A stretch of 64,000 nt of DNA from Pristiophorus japonicus (lineage: Eukaryota), in contig NC_091994.1 in NCBI RefSeq assembly GCF_044704955.1, positions 93,000,001-93,064,000 on the forward strand, in the 5' to 3' direction. A model generated the notes under the pieces. It was not told where the DNA came from, did no database searches, and saw only the letters and a list, made by a program, of their open reading frames with translations. Of the stretch, positions 11,495-23,400 are shown piece by piece. Each line of letters starts with the position of its first letter. Position 1 is the first letter of the stretch. Made by a program: the position numbers and the translations under genes.

Positions 11495-14400
11495 CGGAGA
11501 AAGAGAGCGCGAGTGAGATAGAGCGCGAAACAGAGAGACGGGGAANNNNNNNNNNNNNNNNNNNNNNNNNNNNNNNNNNNNNNNNNNNNNNNNNNNNNNN
11601 NNNNNNNNNNNNNNNNNNNNNNNNNNNNNNNNNNNNNNNNNNNNNNNNNNNNNNNNNNNNNNNNNNNNNNNNNNNTGAGATAGAGCGCGAAACAGAGAGA
11701 CGGGGAAAGAAACAGGGAGAGAGAGAGAGAGCAAGACAGAGAGAGAGAGACAGAGAAAGATAGTGCGAGTGAGATAGAGAGAGAAACAGAGAGACGGGGA
11801 AAGAGAGCAAGAGNNNNNNNNNNNNNNNNNNNNNNNNNNNNNNNNNNNNNNNNNNNNNNNNNNNNNNNNNNNNNNNNNNNNNNNNNNNNNNNNNNNNNNN
11901 NNNNNNNNNNNNNNNNNNNNNNNNNNNNNNNNNNNNNNNNNNNNNNNNNNNNNNNNNNNNNNNNNNNNAGGGGGAGAGGTGGGAGAGAGAGAGAGAGAAA
12001 ACAGGAATCCAATCTAACCCGTGCTGGGACCCTGGATACAGCTTCATAAATTTTTTAAAAATCCAATTTTCTCCTGTTGTCAGGCTAACTGGTTGAAACT
12101 GAGGAAAGGCCAACTTCAGCACTATCAGGAGGCCCGTTACAGAGAGAGAGCGAGGCATGGAGGGAGCCTTGAACTCTGATCATTCCAGAAACAGGTGGGT
12201 GGGGGGGGGGGGGCAGTAGGGTGAGGGGGCAGTAGGATGGGGGGGCAGTAGGGTGGGGGGGGGCAGTGGGGTGGGGGGCAGTAGGATGGGGGGGGCAGTA
12301 GGATGGGGGGGCAGTAGGGTGGGGGGAGCAGTGGGGTGGGGGGCAGTAGGATGGGGGGGCAGTAGGATGGGGGGGCAGTAGGATGGGGGGCAGTAGGGTG
12401 AGGGGGGCAGTAGGGTGAGGGGGCAGTAGGGTGGGGGGGCAGTAGGATGGAGGGGCAGTAGGATGAGGGGGGGCAGTAGGGTGAGGGGGGCAGTAGGGTG
12501 GGGGGGCAGTAGGATGGGGAGGCAGTAGGATGGGGAGGCAGTAGGATGGGGGGGCAGTAGGATGGGGGGCAGTAGAATGGGGGGGCAGTAGGATGGGGGG
12601 GCAGTAGGATGGGGGGCAGTAGGATGGGGGGCAGTAGGATGGGGGGGCAGTGGGGAGGGGGGGCAGTAGGATGGGGGGCAGTGGGGTGGGGGGCAGTAGG
12701 ATGGGGGGGCAGTAGGGTGAGGGGGTGGCAGTGGGGTGAGGGGGGCAGTAGGGTGAGGGGGTGGCAGTGGGGTGAGAGGGGGCAGTAGGATGGGGGGGCA
12801 GTGGGGTGAGGGGGGCAGTAGGGTGAGGGGGGGCAGTAGGGTGAGGGGGTGGCAGTGGGGTGGGGGGGCAGTAGGATGGGGGGGCAGTAGGGTGAGGGGG
12901 TGGCAGTGGGGTGAGGGGGGTCAGTAGGGTGAGGGGGGCAGTAGGGTAAGGGGGTGGCAGCGGGGTGAGGGGGGGCAGTAGGATGGGGGGGCAGTAGGGT
13001 GTGGGGGCAGTGGGGTGAGGGGGGGCATTAGGGTGAGGGGGCAGTAGGATGGGGGGACAGTGGGGTGGGGGGGCAGTAGGATGGGGGGGCAGTAGGGTGA
13101 GGGGGTGGCAGTGGGGTGAGGGGGGCAGTAGGGTGTGGGGGCAGTAGGGTGAGGGGGGCAGTGGGGTGGGGAGGGGTTAGCGGGGTGAGGGGGGGCAGTG
13201 GGGTGGGGTGGGGGGGTCAGCGGGGTGAGGGGGGGTCAGCGGGGTGAGGGGGGGCAGTGGGATGAGGGGGGTCAGCGGGGTGAGGGGGGCAGTGGGGTGA
13301 GGGGGGGCAGTGGGGTGAGGAGGGTCAGCGGGGTGAGGGGGACAGTGGGGTGAGGGGGGGCAGTGGGATGAGGGGGAGTCAGCGGGGTGAGGGGGGCAGT
13401 GGGGTGAGGGGGGGCAGTGGGATGAGGGGGGGTCAGCGGGGTGAGGGGGGGCAGTGGGGTGAGGGGGGTCAGCGGGGTGAGGGGGGTCAGCGGGGTGAGG
13501 GGGGGCAGTGGGGTGAGGGGGGGCAGTGGGATGAGGGGGGTCAGCGGGGTGAGGGGGGGCAGTGGGGTGAGGGGGGTCAGCGGGGTGAGGGGGGGCAGTG
13601 GGGTGAGGGGGGCAGTGGGGTGAGGGGGGGCAGAGGGGTGAGGGGGGTCAGCGGGGTGAGGGGGGGGCCAGTGGGGTGAGGGGGGGCAGTGGGGTGAGGG
13701 GGGGGTTAGCGGGGTGGGGTAAATGGCCTCCCTCTATACCTGTCCTGCAACATGACGGTAACTGCTGCCCGGGCTGAGGTCAGACTCAGGCTGAGGCTGA
13801 AGCTCCACCGAAGGTGAAATGCTCTCAGTAACAGCCCGAGGACGGCCAGTGTGAGGAAGGAGGGGAATTTTCACACTTACCTGTGCTGTGATTCGAGTGT
13901 GTCGGTGTACTTGTGTACCAGGGATGGTGACTGTGTTGCTGAGGTCCCACTCTCTACATCCTCCTCCTCAGGCAGCCCGCACCGTCTCTGCGCAGACTCC
14001 TGGTCCCGTAATCTCTCCAGAAGGTTCTAGGTTGTTAGATAAAATTCACGTTTTAGATCAGCAGGCTTCAGACAGGACGGTCAGAAGGGACAGTCACACA
14101 GAGTAGAGTTTAGAATTTGTCAATGTTTCGTCGTTATGTTACAACATTGAGCATCCAGTGTGGGGAATGTCAAAGGTCATTCGTGGAACGGCTCAATCCC
14201 TTTTGCTTGGCACCTCACATACACGGGATGCACCGTGGAAATGACTAGGTCGAGTGCCTCGCCCAGCTGTCGTGTCCGTGTGACCCACACTCTGTTTGAT
14301 CATCATCGGTGCATGCCCAGATATCACACCACGCCCCTCCGCCGTTAGAGCTCCTCCCACTCAATCGCCCATTACCTGAGCATTGAACACAGCCTCAATC

Positions 14401-17400
14401 CACGCTCTCGACTGCCCAGTCGCACTGGCCTGAAAGGTGAAGGCACCGACTGCACTGCGAAACTCGTTCAGGTAAATCAGCAGGAAGGAGCCTAGGAACG
14501 GACGGAGACATCACTAAGTGTGATGCACACACAAACACACAACAATAATTTATATAGCACCTTTAACATAGTGAAACTTCCCAAAACACTTCACAGGAGT
14601 ATTATATGCGATAAAAATATGACGCCGAGCCGAACAAGTAAAATTAGCGTAGGTGACCAAAAGCTTCAAAGATATGTTTTAAGGAGCGTCTTGAAGGAGG
14701 AAAAAGAGATAGAGTGGCGGAGAGGTTTAGGCAGGGAGTTCCAGAGCTTGGGGCCTGGGCAGCAGAAGGCATGGCCACCAATGCTTGAGCGATTATAATC
14801 TGGGATACTCAGGAGGGCAGAATTAGAGGAGCGCAGACATCTCAGGGGGTTGTGGGGTTGGAGGAGATTACAGAGATAGGGAGGGGTGAGGCCATGGAGG
14901 GATTTGAAAATAAGGATGAGAATTTTGAAATTGAGGTGTTGCTTAACCTGAAGCCAATGTAGGTCAGCGAGCACAGGGGTGAGTGGGACTTGGTGCGTTT
15001 TGGATCACCTCTAGTTTAAATAGGGTAGAATGTGGGAGGCCAGCCAAGAGTGTGTTGGAATCAAGTCTAGAGGTAACAAAGGCATAGATGAGGGCTTCAG
15101 CAGCGGACACATACACATACACATACACACCCACACACAGAGAAACACACACACACCATCATAAGGTTATATGTGGGATGTTCGCTGATGATTGCAGTGT
15201 TCAGTTCCATTCGCAGTTCTTCAGATAATAAAGCAGTCCATGCCAGCATGCAGCAAGACTTGGACAACGCCCAAGCTTGGGATGATAAGTGGCAAGTAAT
15301 ATTTGTGCCACACATGTGCCAGGCAATGGCCATCTCCAACAAGAGAGAATTTAACAACCTCCCCATGACATTCAATGGCATTACCATATCCTGGGGGGGG
15401 GGGTCACCATTGACCAGAAACTTAACTGGACCAGCCATATAAATACTGTGGCAACACGAGCAGGTCAGAGGCTGGGTATTCTGCGGCAAGGGACTCACCT
15501 CTTGACTCCCCAAAACTTTTCCACCATCTACAAGGCACAAGTCAGGAGTGTGCTGGAATACTCTCCACTTGCCTGGATAAGTGCAACTCCATCAACACTC
15601 AAGAAGCTCGACAACATCCAGGACAAATGATTAGCACCACATCCACCACCTTAAACATTCACTCCCTCCACCAGCGTGCACTGTGGCTGCAGTGTGTACC
15701 ATCTACAAGATGCACGGCAGGAACTCACCAAGGCTTCTTCGACAGCACCTCCCAAACAAGCAATCTCTACCGCCTAGAAGGATCAGGGCAGCAGGCACAT
15801 GGGAAGACCATCACCTTCAAGTTCCCCTCCAAGTCACACACCATCTTATCTTGGAATTATATCGCCGTTCCTTCATCGTTGCTGGGTCAAAATCCTGGAA
15901 CTCACTCCCAAACAGCACTGTGGAAGTACCTTCCCTGGTCTCCCCCACACATCACCCGCTCTCCCCTCATTCCCTCCTGCCCGTTTGTCCCCTGATCTCT
16001 CCTCTCTCGGTACTCCATTTCCAAATTCTGTTGCAGTTTGCGTGACTCTGAATCTGGTGAGTAAGCAGAGATATCAGAGGACGGTATCATTGAGGTGAAA
16101 CTCACCGGGATCTCTCAGCTCCCTGCAGATGATTTTATCCACGAGCAATGGCTGCCGGATAACTTTGGTCTTTTCCATCTTCTTCACAGGTTTGGTGATG
16201 AGGAAAATATCAGTGAATAGGAAACAGTAAACATCCATCTGTAACAGGAAGTGTTTGTGGGTTCACTGCAGGAAATGACCCTGCCCAACAATGCATAGAT
16301 CGAGACATCAAGAAACTCAGGGACTGGACACCGAGAGTCCCAGAGACCGAGAGACAGGACGCTGAGAAATCCAGAGACCGAGAGACAGGATGCTGAGAAA
16401 CCCAGAGACTGGACACCGAGAAACCCAGAGACCGGGACACCGAGAAACCCAGAGACCGGGACACCGAGAAACCCAGAGACCGAGAGACAGGATGCTGAGA
16501 AACCCAGAGACCGGGACACCGAGAAACCCAGAGACCGAGAGACAGGACGCTGAGAAACCCAGAGACCGGGACACCGAGAGTCCCAGAGACCGAGAGACAG
16601 GACGCTGAGAAACCCAGAGACCGAGAGACAGGACGCTGAGAAACCCAGAGACCGGGACACCGAGAAACCCAGAGACCGAGAGACAGGACACCGAGAGTCC
16701 CAGAGACCGAGAGACAGGACGCTGAGAAACCCAGAGACCGAGAGACAGGACACCGAGAAACCCAGAGACCGAGAGACAGGACGCTGAGAAACCCAGAGAC
16801 CGAGAGACAGGACGCTGAGAAACCCAGAGACCGGGACACCGAGAAACCCAGAGACCGAGAGACAGGACACCGAGAAACCCAGAGACCGAGAGACAGGACG
16901 CTGAGAAACCCAGAGACCGAGAGACAGGACGCTGAGAAACCCAGAGACCGAGAGACAGGACGCTGAGAAACCCAGAGACCGAGAGACAGGACCCTGAGAA
17001 ACCCAGAGACCGGGACACCGAGAAACCCAGAGACCGAGAGACAGGATGCTGAGAAACCCAGAGACCGGGACACCGAGAAACCCAGAGACCGAGAGACAGG
17101 ATGCTGAGAAACCCAGAGACCGAGAGACAGGACGCTGAGAAACCCAGAGACCGGAACACCGAGAGTCCCAGAGCCCGAACACCGAGAATTACAGAGACTG
17201 GAACACCGAGACCGAGAACCCCAGAGACCGGGACACCAGGAATCCCAGAGACAGAGAACCCCAGAGACCGGGACACCGGGAATCCCAGAGACTAGAACAC
17301 CGAGAAAAAAACAGACCCCCAACACCCAAACACTGAACACCGAGAGCACCCAGAGACTCAGCATTCAGGCGATGAACGCTGGGAGACCAACCAACGATCA

Positions 17401-20400
17401 CACCGTAGCCCAGTCTCTCAGTCACGCCCTCGCCCCTCAGGCACTCTCACCCCTCGCTCACCCCTTGGCTCACCTTGCTGTCTTTTCCTTCCTTCATTCT
17501 CAGGCCTCCCTCGAGTAGCAGTTGTCTGGTGTCGTTGGGCGAGGTCCCAATCATTGGAGCCGTCAGGTCCAAGCGGCAGAACTCCTTCAGAACCTAATGC
17601 AATAAAAGTGACCGTTAGAATCTGGCACTTGGTGCCCGTTACCCACAGAGGCCTCTGAGATTTCCTTCAATTTCAGTAATACTCGCACAGAAGAGGTTAA
17701 GATCCCAAATGAAACGATTTGTGTATCTGTACCCTCATGGCCCTCTGCGCCTCTACCCCATTTACACACTGATTTTCCACCAAAGTGCACCACCTCACAC
17801 TTATAGAAACATAGAAAGTTACAGCGCAGAAGGAGGCCATGTTGGCCGACAAAGAGCCACAAACGGCCCTTGGTCAGCAGCCCTGAAGATTACATATAAA
17901 CCAATGAACAATGAACAATGGTGGAAAGGTAAAGAGCACCCAGCCCAACCAGTCCGCACCACACAACTGCAACACCCCTTACACTGAAACATTCTACACT
18001 CCACCCCAACCGGAGCCATGTGATCGCCTGGGAGAGGCAAAAAAACAGAGAAAAATTGGGGGAAAAAAATCTGGGAAAATTCCTCTCCACCCCATCCAGG
18101 CGATCGAAACTAGTCCAGGAGATCACCCTGGCTGTACTTACCATCGTATCTGCGCCAGCCAACAAGAGGTTATCCAGTCTAATCCCACTTACCAGCTCTA
18201 GGTCCGTAACCCTGCATGTTATAGCACTTCAAGTGCTCATCCAACCTTTTAAATGTGGTGAGGGTTTCTGCATCCACCACCCTTCCAGGCAGTGAGTTCC
18301 AGATCCCCACAACCCTCTGCGTGAAGAAGCCTCCCCTCAAATCCCCTCTAAACCTTCCACCAACCACCTTAAAACTATGCCCCCTCGTAATAGACCCCTC
18401 CACCAATGGAAATAGGCCCTTGCTATCCACTAAATCCAGGCCCCTTAAAATTTTATACACCTCAATGAGGTCTCCTCTCAACCTCCTCTGTTCCTATGAG
18501 AACAAACCCAGCCTATCCAATCTGTCCTCATAGCTAAGATTCTCCATTCCAGGCAGCATCCTAGTAAATCTCCTCTGCACCCTCTCTAGTGCAATCACGT
18601 CCTTCCTATAATACAGCGACCAGAACTGCACACAGTACTCCAGCTGTGGCCTAACCAAAGTATTATACAATTTAAGCATCACCTCCCTGCTCTTCTATTC
18701 TATGCCTCGGCCAATAAAGGCAAGCATTCTGTGTGCCTTCTTATCCACCTGGCCTGCTACTTTCAGGGATCTGTGGACAAGCATGCCAAGGTCCCTTTAT
18801 TCATCTACATTATTATGTGGCCTACCGATTAATGTGTATACCCTTTCCTTATTAGCCCTCCCCAAGTGCATTACCTCATACTTCTCCAAATTAAATTCCA
18901 TTTGCCACTGCTCTGCCCACCTGACCAGTAGATTGATATCCTCCTGCAGTCCATGACTTTCCTCTTCATTAACAACCACACAGCCAATCTTAGTGTCATC
19001 TGCAAACTTCCTAATCATACTCCCTATATTCAAATCTAGATCATTGATGTATACCACAAAAAGCAAGGGACCCAGTACTGAGCCCTGCGGAATCCCACTG
19101 GAAACATCCTTCCACTCACAAAAATAGCCATCAATTATTACCCTTTGCTTCCTGCCTTTGAGCCAATTTTGGATCCAACTTGCTACTTTGTCCTGGATCC
19201 CATGGGCTTTAACCTTCATGACCAGTCTACCATGTGGGACCTTATCAAAAGCTTTGCTAAAGTCCATATATACTACATCGTATGCACTACCCTCATCAAC
19301 CCTCCTGGTTACCTCCTCAAAAAAATTCAATCAGGTTAGTCAGACACGATCTTCCCTTAACAAATCCATGCTGACTTTCCCTAATTAAGACTTGCCTTTC
19401 TAAATGTAGATTTATCCTGTCAGGATTTTTTACCAACCACTGAAGTTAGGCTGACAGGCCTGTAATTACTCGGCCTATTCCTTTATCCCTTCTTAAACAA
19501 GGGTACCACATTAGCAGTTCTCCGTCACCATGCCTAAATCCAAAGAAGATTTCCTCTTTTATTTCGCTCAACAGCCTGGGATGCATTTCATCTGGGCCTA
19601 GGGACTTATCTACTTTCAAAGCTGCTAAATCCCTTAATACCTCCTTTCTCACTATGTTTATTTCATCCAGAATCTCACACTCCTCCTCGATAGCAATATC
19701 TGCATTGCCAATTTGCCAATTACACGCCCATTCTGCAAATTTATTAACGTCTTCCTGTATTTTGTCACAGTCATTATTAACCAGGAATGGTAGCACAGTG
19801 GTTATGTTACCGCACGAGTAATCCAGAGGCCTGGACTAATAATCCGATATGTGAGTTCAAATCACACCACGGTAACTAGGGAATTTAAATTCAGTTAAAT
19901 AAATCTGGAATTAAAAAAGCTAGTATTAGTAATGGTGACCATGAAACTACTGGATTGTCATAAAAACCCATCTGGTTCACGAGTCAAGCAACAGCCTGAG
20001 ATAGTCATACTCACAGAATCATACATTTCGGTCAACGTCCCAAACTTCCCCATCAGCACAGTGGTATTGTAGGGTGGGAGTGGACTTGGGAGTTCTCAAC
20101 ATTGACTCCGAAAACCCCATAAAGTCTCACAGCTTCAGGTCAGGAAACTGATTACCACTTACTGCCTTCCCTCCGCTGATGAATCAGTACTCCTCCATGT
20201 TGAACACCACTTGGAAGAAGCACTGAGAGTAGCAAGGGCACAGAATGTACACTAGGTGGGGGACTTCAATGTTCATTTCCAAGAGTAGCTCAGTAGCACC
20301 ACTACTGACCGAGCTGGCCGAGTCCTGAAGGACATAGCTGCCCATCTGGGTCTGCGGCAGGTGAAGAGAGAACCAACGCGAGGGAAAAACCTACTTGACC

Positions 20401-23400
20401 TCATCCTCACCAATCTACCTGTTGCAGATGCATCTGTCCATGACAGTAGCGGTAGCAGTGACCACTGCACAGTCCTTGTAGAGATGTCCTGTCTTCACAC
20501 TGAGGAGCCCCCTCCATCATGAGTGGCACTACCACAGTGTTAAATGGGAGAGATTCACCCAGTCGTGAATGGTAGTGGACCATTAAACAACTGACGGGAG
20601 GAAGAGGCTCCATAAATATCTTCATCCTCAATGATGGCGGAGCCCAGCATGTAAGTGCAAGACACAAGGCTGAAGCGTTTTCAACCATCTTCAGCCAGAA
20701 GTGCTGAGTGAATGATTCATCTCGGACTCCTCCTGAGGCCCCCACCATCACAGAATTCAGTCTTCAGCCAATTCGATTCACTCCGTGTGCTATTAGGAAA
20801 GGGCTGAGCGCACTGGATACAGCAAAGGCTATGGGCCCCGACAACATTCCGGCTGTCGTGCTGCAGACCTGTGCTCCAGAACTAGCCGTGCCTCTAGCCA
20901 AGTTGTTCCAGTACAGCTACAACACTGGCATCTACCCGACAATGTGAAAAACTGACCAGGTATTTCCTGGCCACAAAAAGCAGGTCAAATCCAATCCAGC
21001 CAATTACCGCCCCATCAGTCTACTCTCAATCATCAGCAAAGTGACGGAGGATGTGACAACCAATGGCTATCTCCAACAAGAGAGAATCTAACCGCCTCCC
21101 CTTGACATTCAAGGGTATTACCATCGCCAAATCCCTCACCATTAACATCCGGGGGTTCACCATTGACCAGAAAGTTAGCTGGACCAGCCACATAAACACA
21201 GTGGCTACAAGAGCAGGTCAGAGGCTGGGTATTCTGCGACAAGTGTCTCATCTCCTGACCCCCCAAAGCCTTTCCACCATCTACAAGCACAGGTCAGGCA
21301 CGTGATGGAATACTCTCCACTTGCCTGGATGAGAGCGGCTCCAACAACATTTAAGAAGCTCGGCACCATCCAGGACAAAGCAGCTTTATTGTCACCCCAT
21401 CCACCACCTTAAACACTCACTCCCTCCACTAGCGCGCGGCGTGGCTGCAGTGTGTACCATCTACAAGATGCACTGCAGCAACTCGCCAAGGCTTCTTCGA
21501 CAGCACCTCCCAAACCCAGGACCTCTTCCGCCTCGAAGGACAAAGGCAGCAGATGCATGGGAACACCACCACCTCCATGTTCCCCTCCAAGTCACACACC
21601 ATCCTGACTTGGAAATATATTGCCATTCCTTCATGGTCGCTGGCTCAAAATCCTGGAACTCCCTTTTGGATTGGGGCGGAGACGCCGGCGAAATTCAGCA
21701 CCTGGCGGGCCGGTGTTCCCGGCAGGTGCGGGGTGGAAGTGACCTTCGGTCGGGTCACCAGCGGCACGCTGACGGGTCACAACATCTCTCCCCTTCAGTT
21801 AAAGGCCACTGCGAACTCTGCATACCTTTAAGTTTAGTTGATTGGGTCACCAGGGAGGGTATCGGTCGGGCCCAGCGGCCTGGCACCAAAGAGGGGGTGC
21901 TGGGCTGCCTGTTGGTGGCCTGGCCGAACCCGTGGGCATCACTGTCGGGCTGACCTGGCCATCGGCGGACAAGTAAAACAACATGGCGTCCGCCGCAGTG
22001 CCCAGGCACACACGGCTTCCCGCTGGGGAAAGCTGATCGGGGGCACGGACTGGCAGCGGCGCCTTCCCGCGGAGCAATTTCCCGCGCGGGGCGGAAAGGG
22101 GGCCGCCGCCGGTTGGTGCGGGTTCGGCGTGTGCCCGACGGGGCAGGAGCGCGGTCGGAGCGGTAGTGATTACCGCTGGAAAACCCAGGTAGGGCACCGA
22201 CCCCACACCGACCCGGCGGAGAGCCAATACCAACCCGTAGCCTCTCTGAGGAAGTCATGACTCTCAAAAAAAGGGGCAATTTCTGCCCCTCTGTCTCTGC
22301 CTGTCACACTCTGCTTATCTTTACCAAAATCGCCACACTGCTCCACTGCCTTAACTTTTCTCAATAGATTTATTAATTTCCTCTCACCTGACCCCTCCGC
22401 TCCCCCTTTTTAAGTTTAAAGCCCTATCCACAGCCCGCGTTATTCGATTCGCCAGGACACTGGTCGCAGCCTGCTTTAAATGGAGCCTGTCCCAAAGCAA
22501 CAGTTCCCACTTTCCCCAGTAGTGGTGCTGAACTGAGTGATTGGAAAGGATTGCCTATCTCGGGAGTATATTCTCTGGGGAAGAGGCCAAGTTGATTCAC
22601 AAGGTATTCACCTCAGTGACTCAGCCTTTCTCCCCGTGTGCCTCAGTCTCTTTTACCTTCTCCACTTCATCCGAGCTCCCATCGACCACCTCGTAGGCGT
22701 CGATGCGATTGATAATCTCCGCCAATCGCTGTTGCTCCTGCCGCTGACGCATTCGGGAATTCACGTGCGCGATAAAACTTTCAACGGAACTGACCTGGAG
22801 ATTACAGAAAGATTCGAGTTAAGGACCGATGAGAGAACACGATGAATCACAGCCTTCAGAGCCAGCAGGATGGGCTCAGGATTTTTAACCCAAGCACCAG
22901 ATACCGTGGCAATGTTCCCTGTAATATTTTGGGGTGCCCTTTAATTGGCTGCGGGACCATTGAATTTTCTACACATGTGCGGTCACTACCATTGTAACGT
23001 CAGTGAGCGGCCTGCCTGGGATCTCCAGACTGCTGCACGGCCGCACAGCTTAACGGAAACGTTGTACTGCGGGTAGATGGAGTTAATATATATGCCAAAC
23101 ATATCTGTGACCGTGACCGAGAGCGTGACCAAGAGTGTGACCGGGAGTGTGATCGAAACCGGGAGCGTGACCGAGACCAAGAGCGTGACCGTGACCGAGT
23201 GTGTAACCGAGAGCGGGAGCGTGGCAGAGAGCGTGGCAGAGAGCGTGACCGTGACCGGTAGTGTGACCGAGACCGGGAGCGTGACCGCGAGCGTGGCCGA
23301 GACCGGGAGCATGACCAGGAGCGTGACTGAGACCGGGAGCATGACCAGGAGCGTGACCGAGTCCGGGAGCGGGATCGAGACCGGGAGCGGGACCAGGAGC

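Noticed and set aside
10236-12158. 640-aa ORF as a single-exon gene
   Set aside because: It spans N blocks and (CT)n. Only 10384-11430 is the real exon.
16184-17364. Three overlapping 319-384-aa ORFs
   Set aside because: They are translations of the 31/24-bp minisatellite.
19786-19870. Functional tRNA gene
   Set aside because: A and B boxes are present but I cannot fold a cloverleaf, and the sequence continues as a retroelement.
21668-22290. CpG island promoter or GC-rich ORFs
   Set aside because: It has sharp boundaries between LINE fragments and a TIR-like end, and the ORFs have no recognisable motifs.
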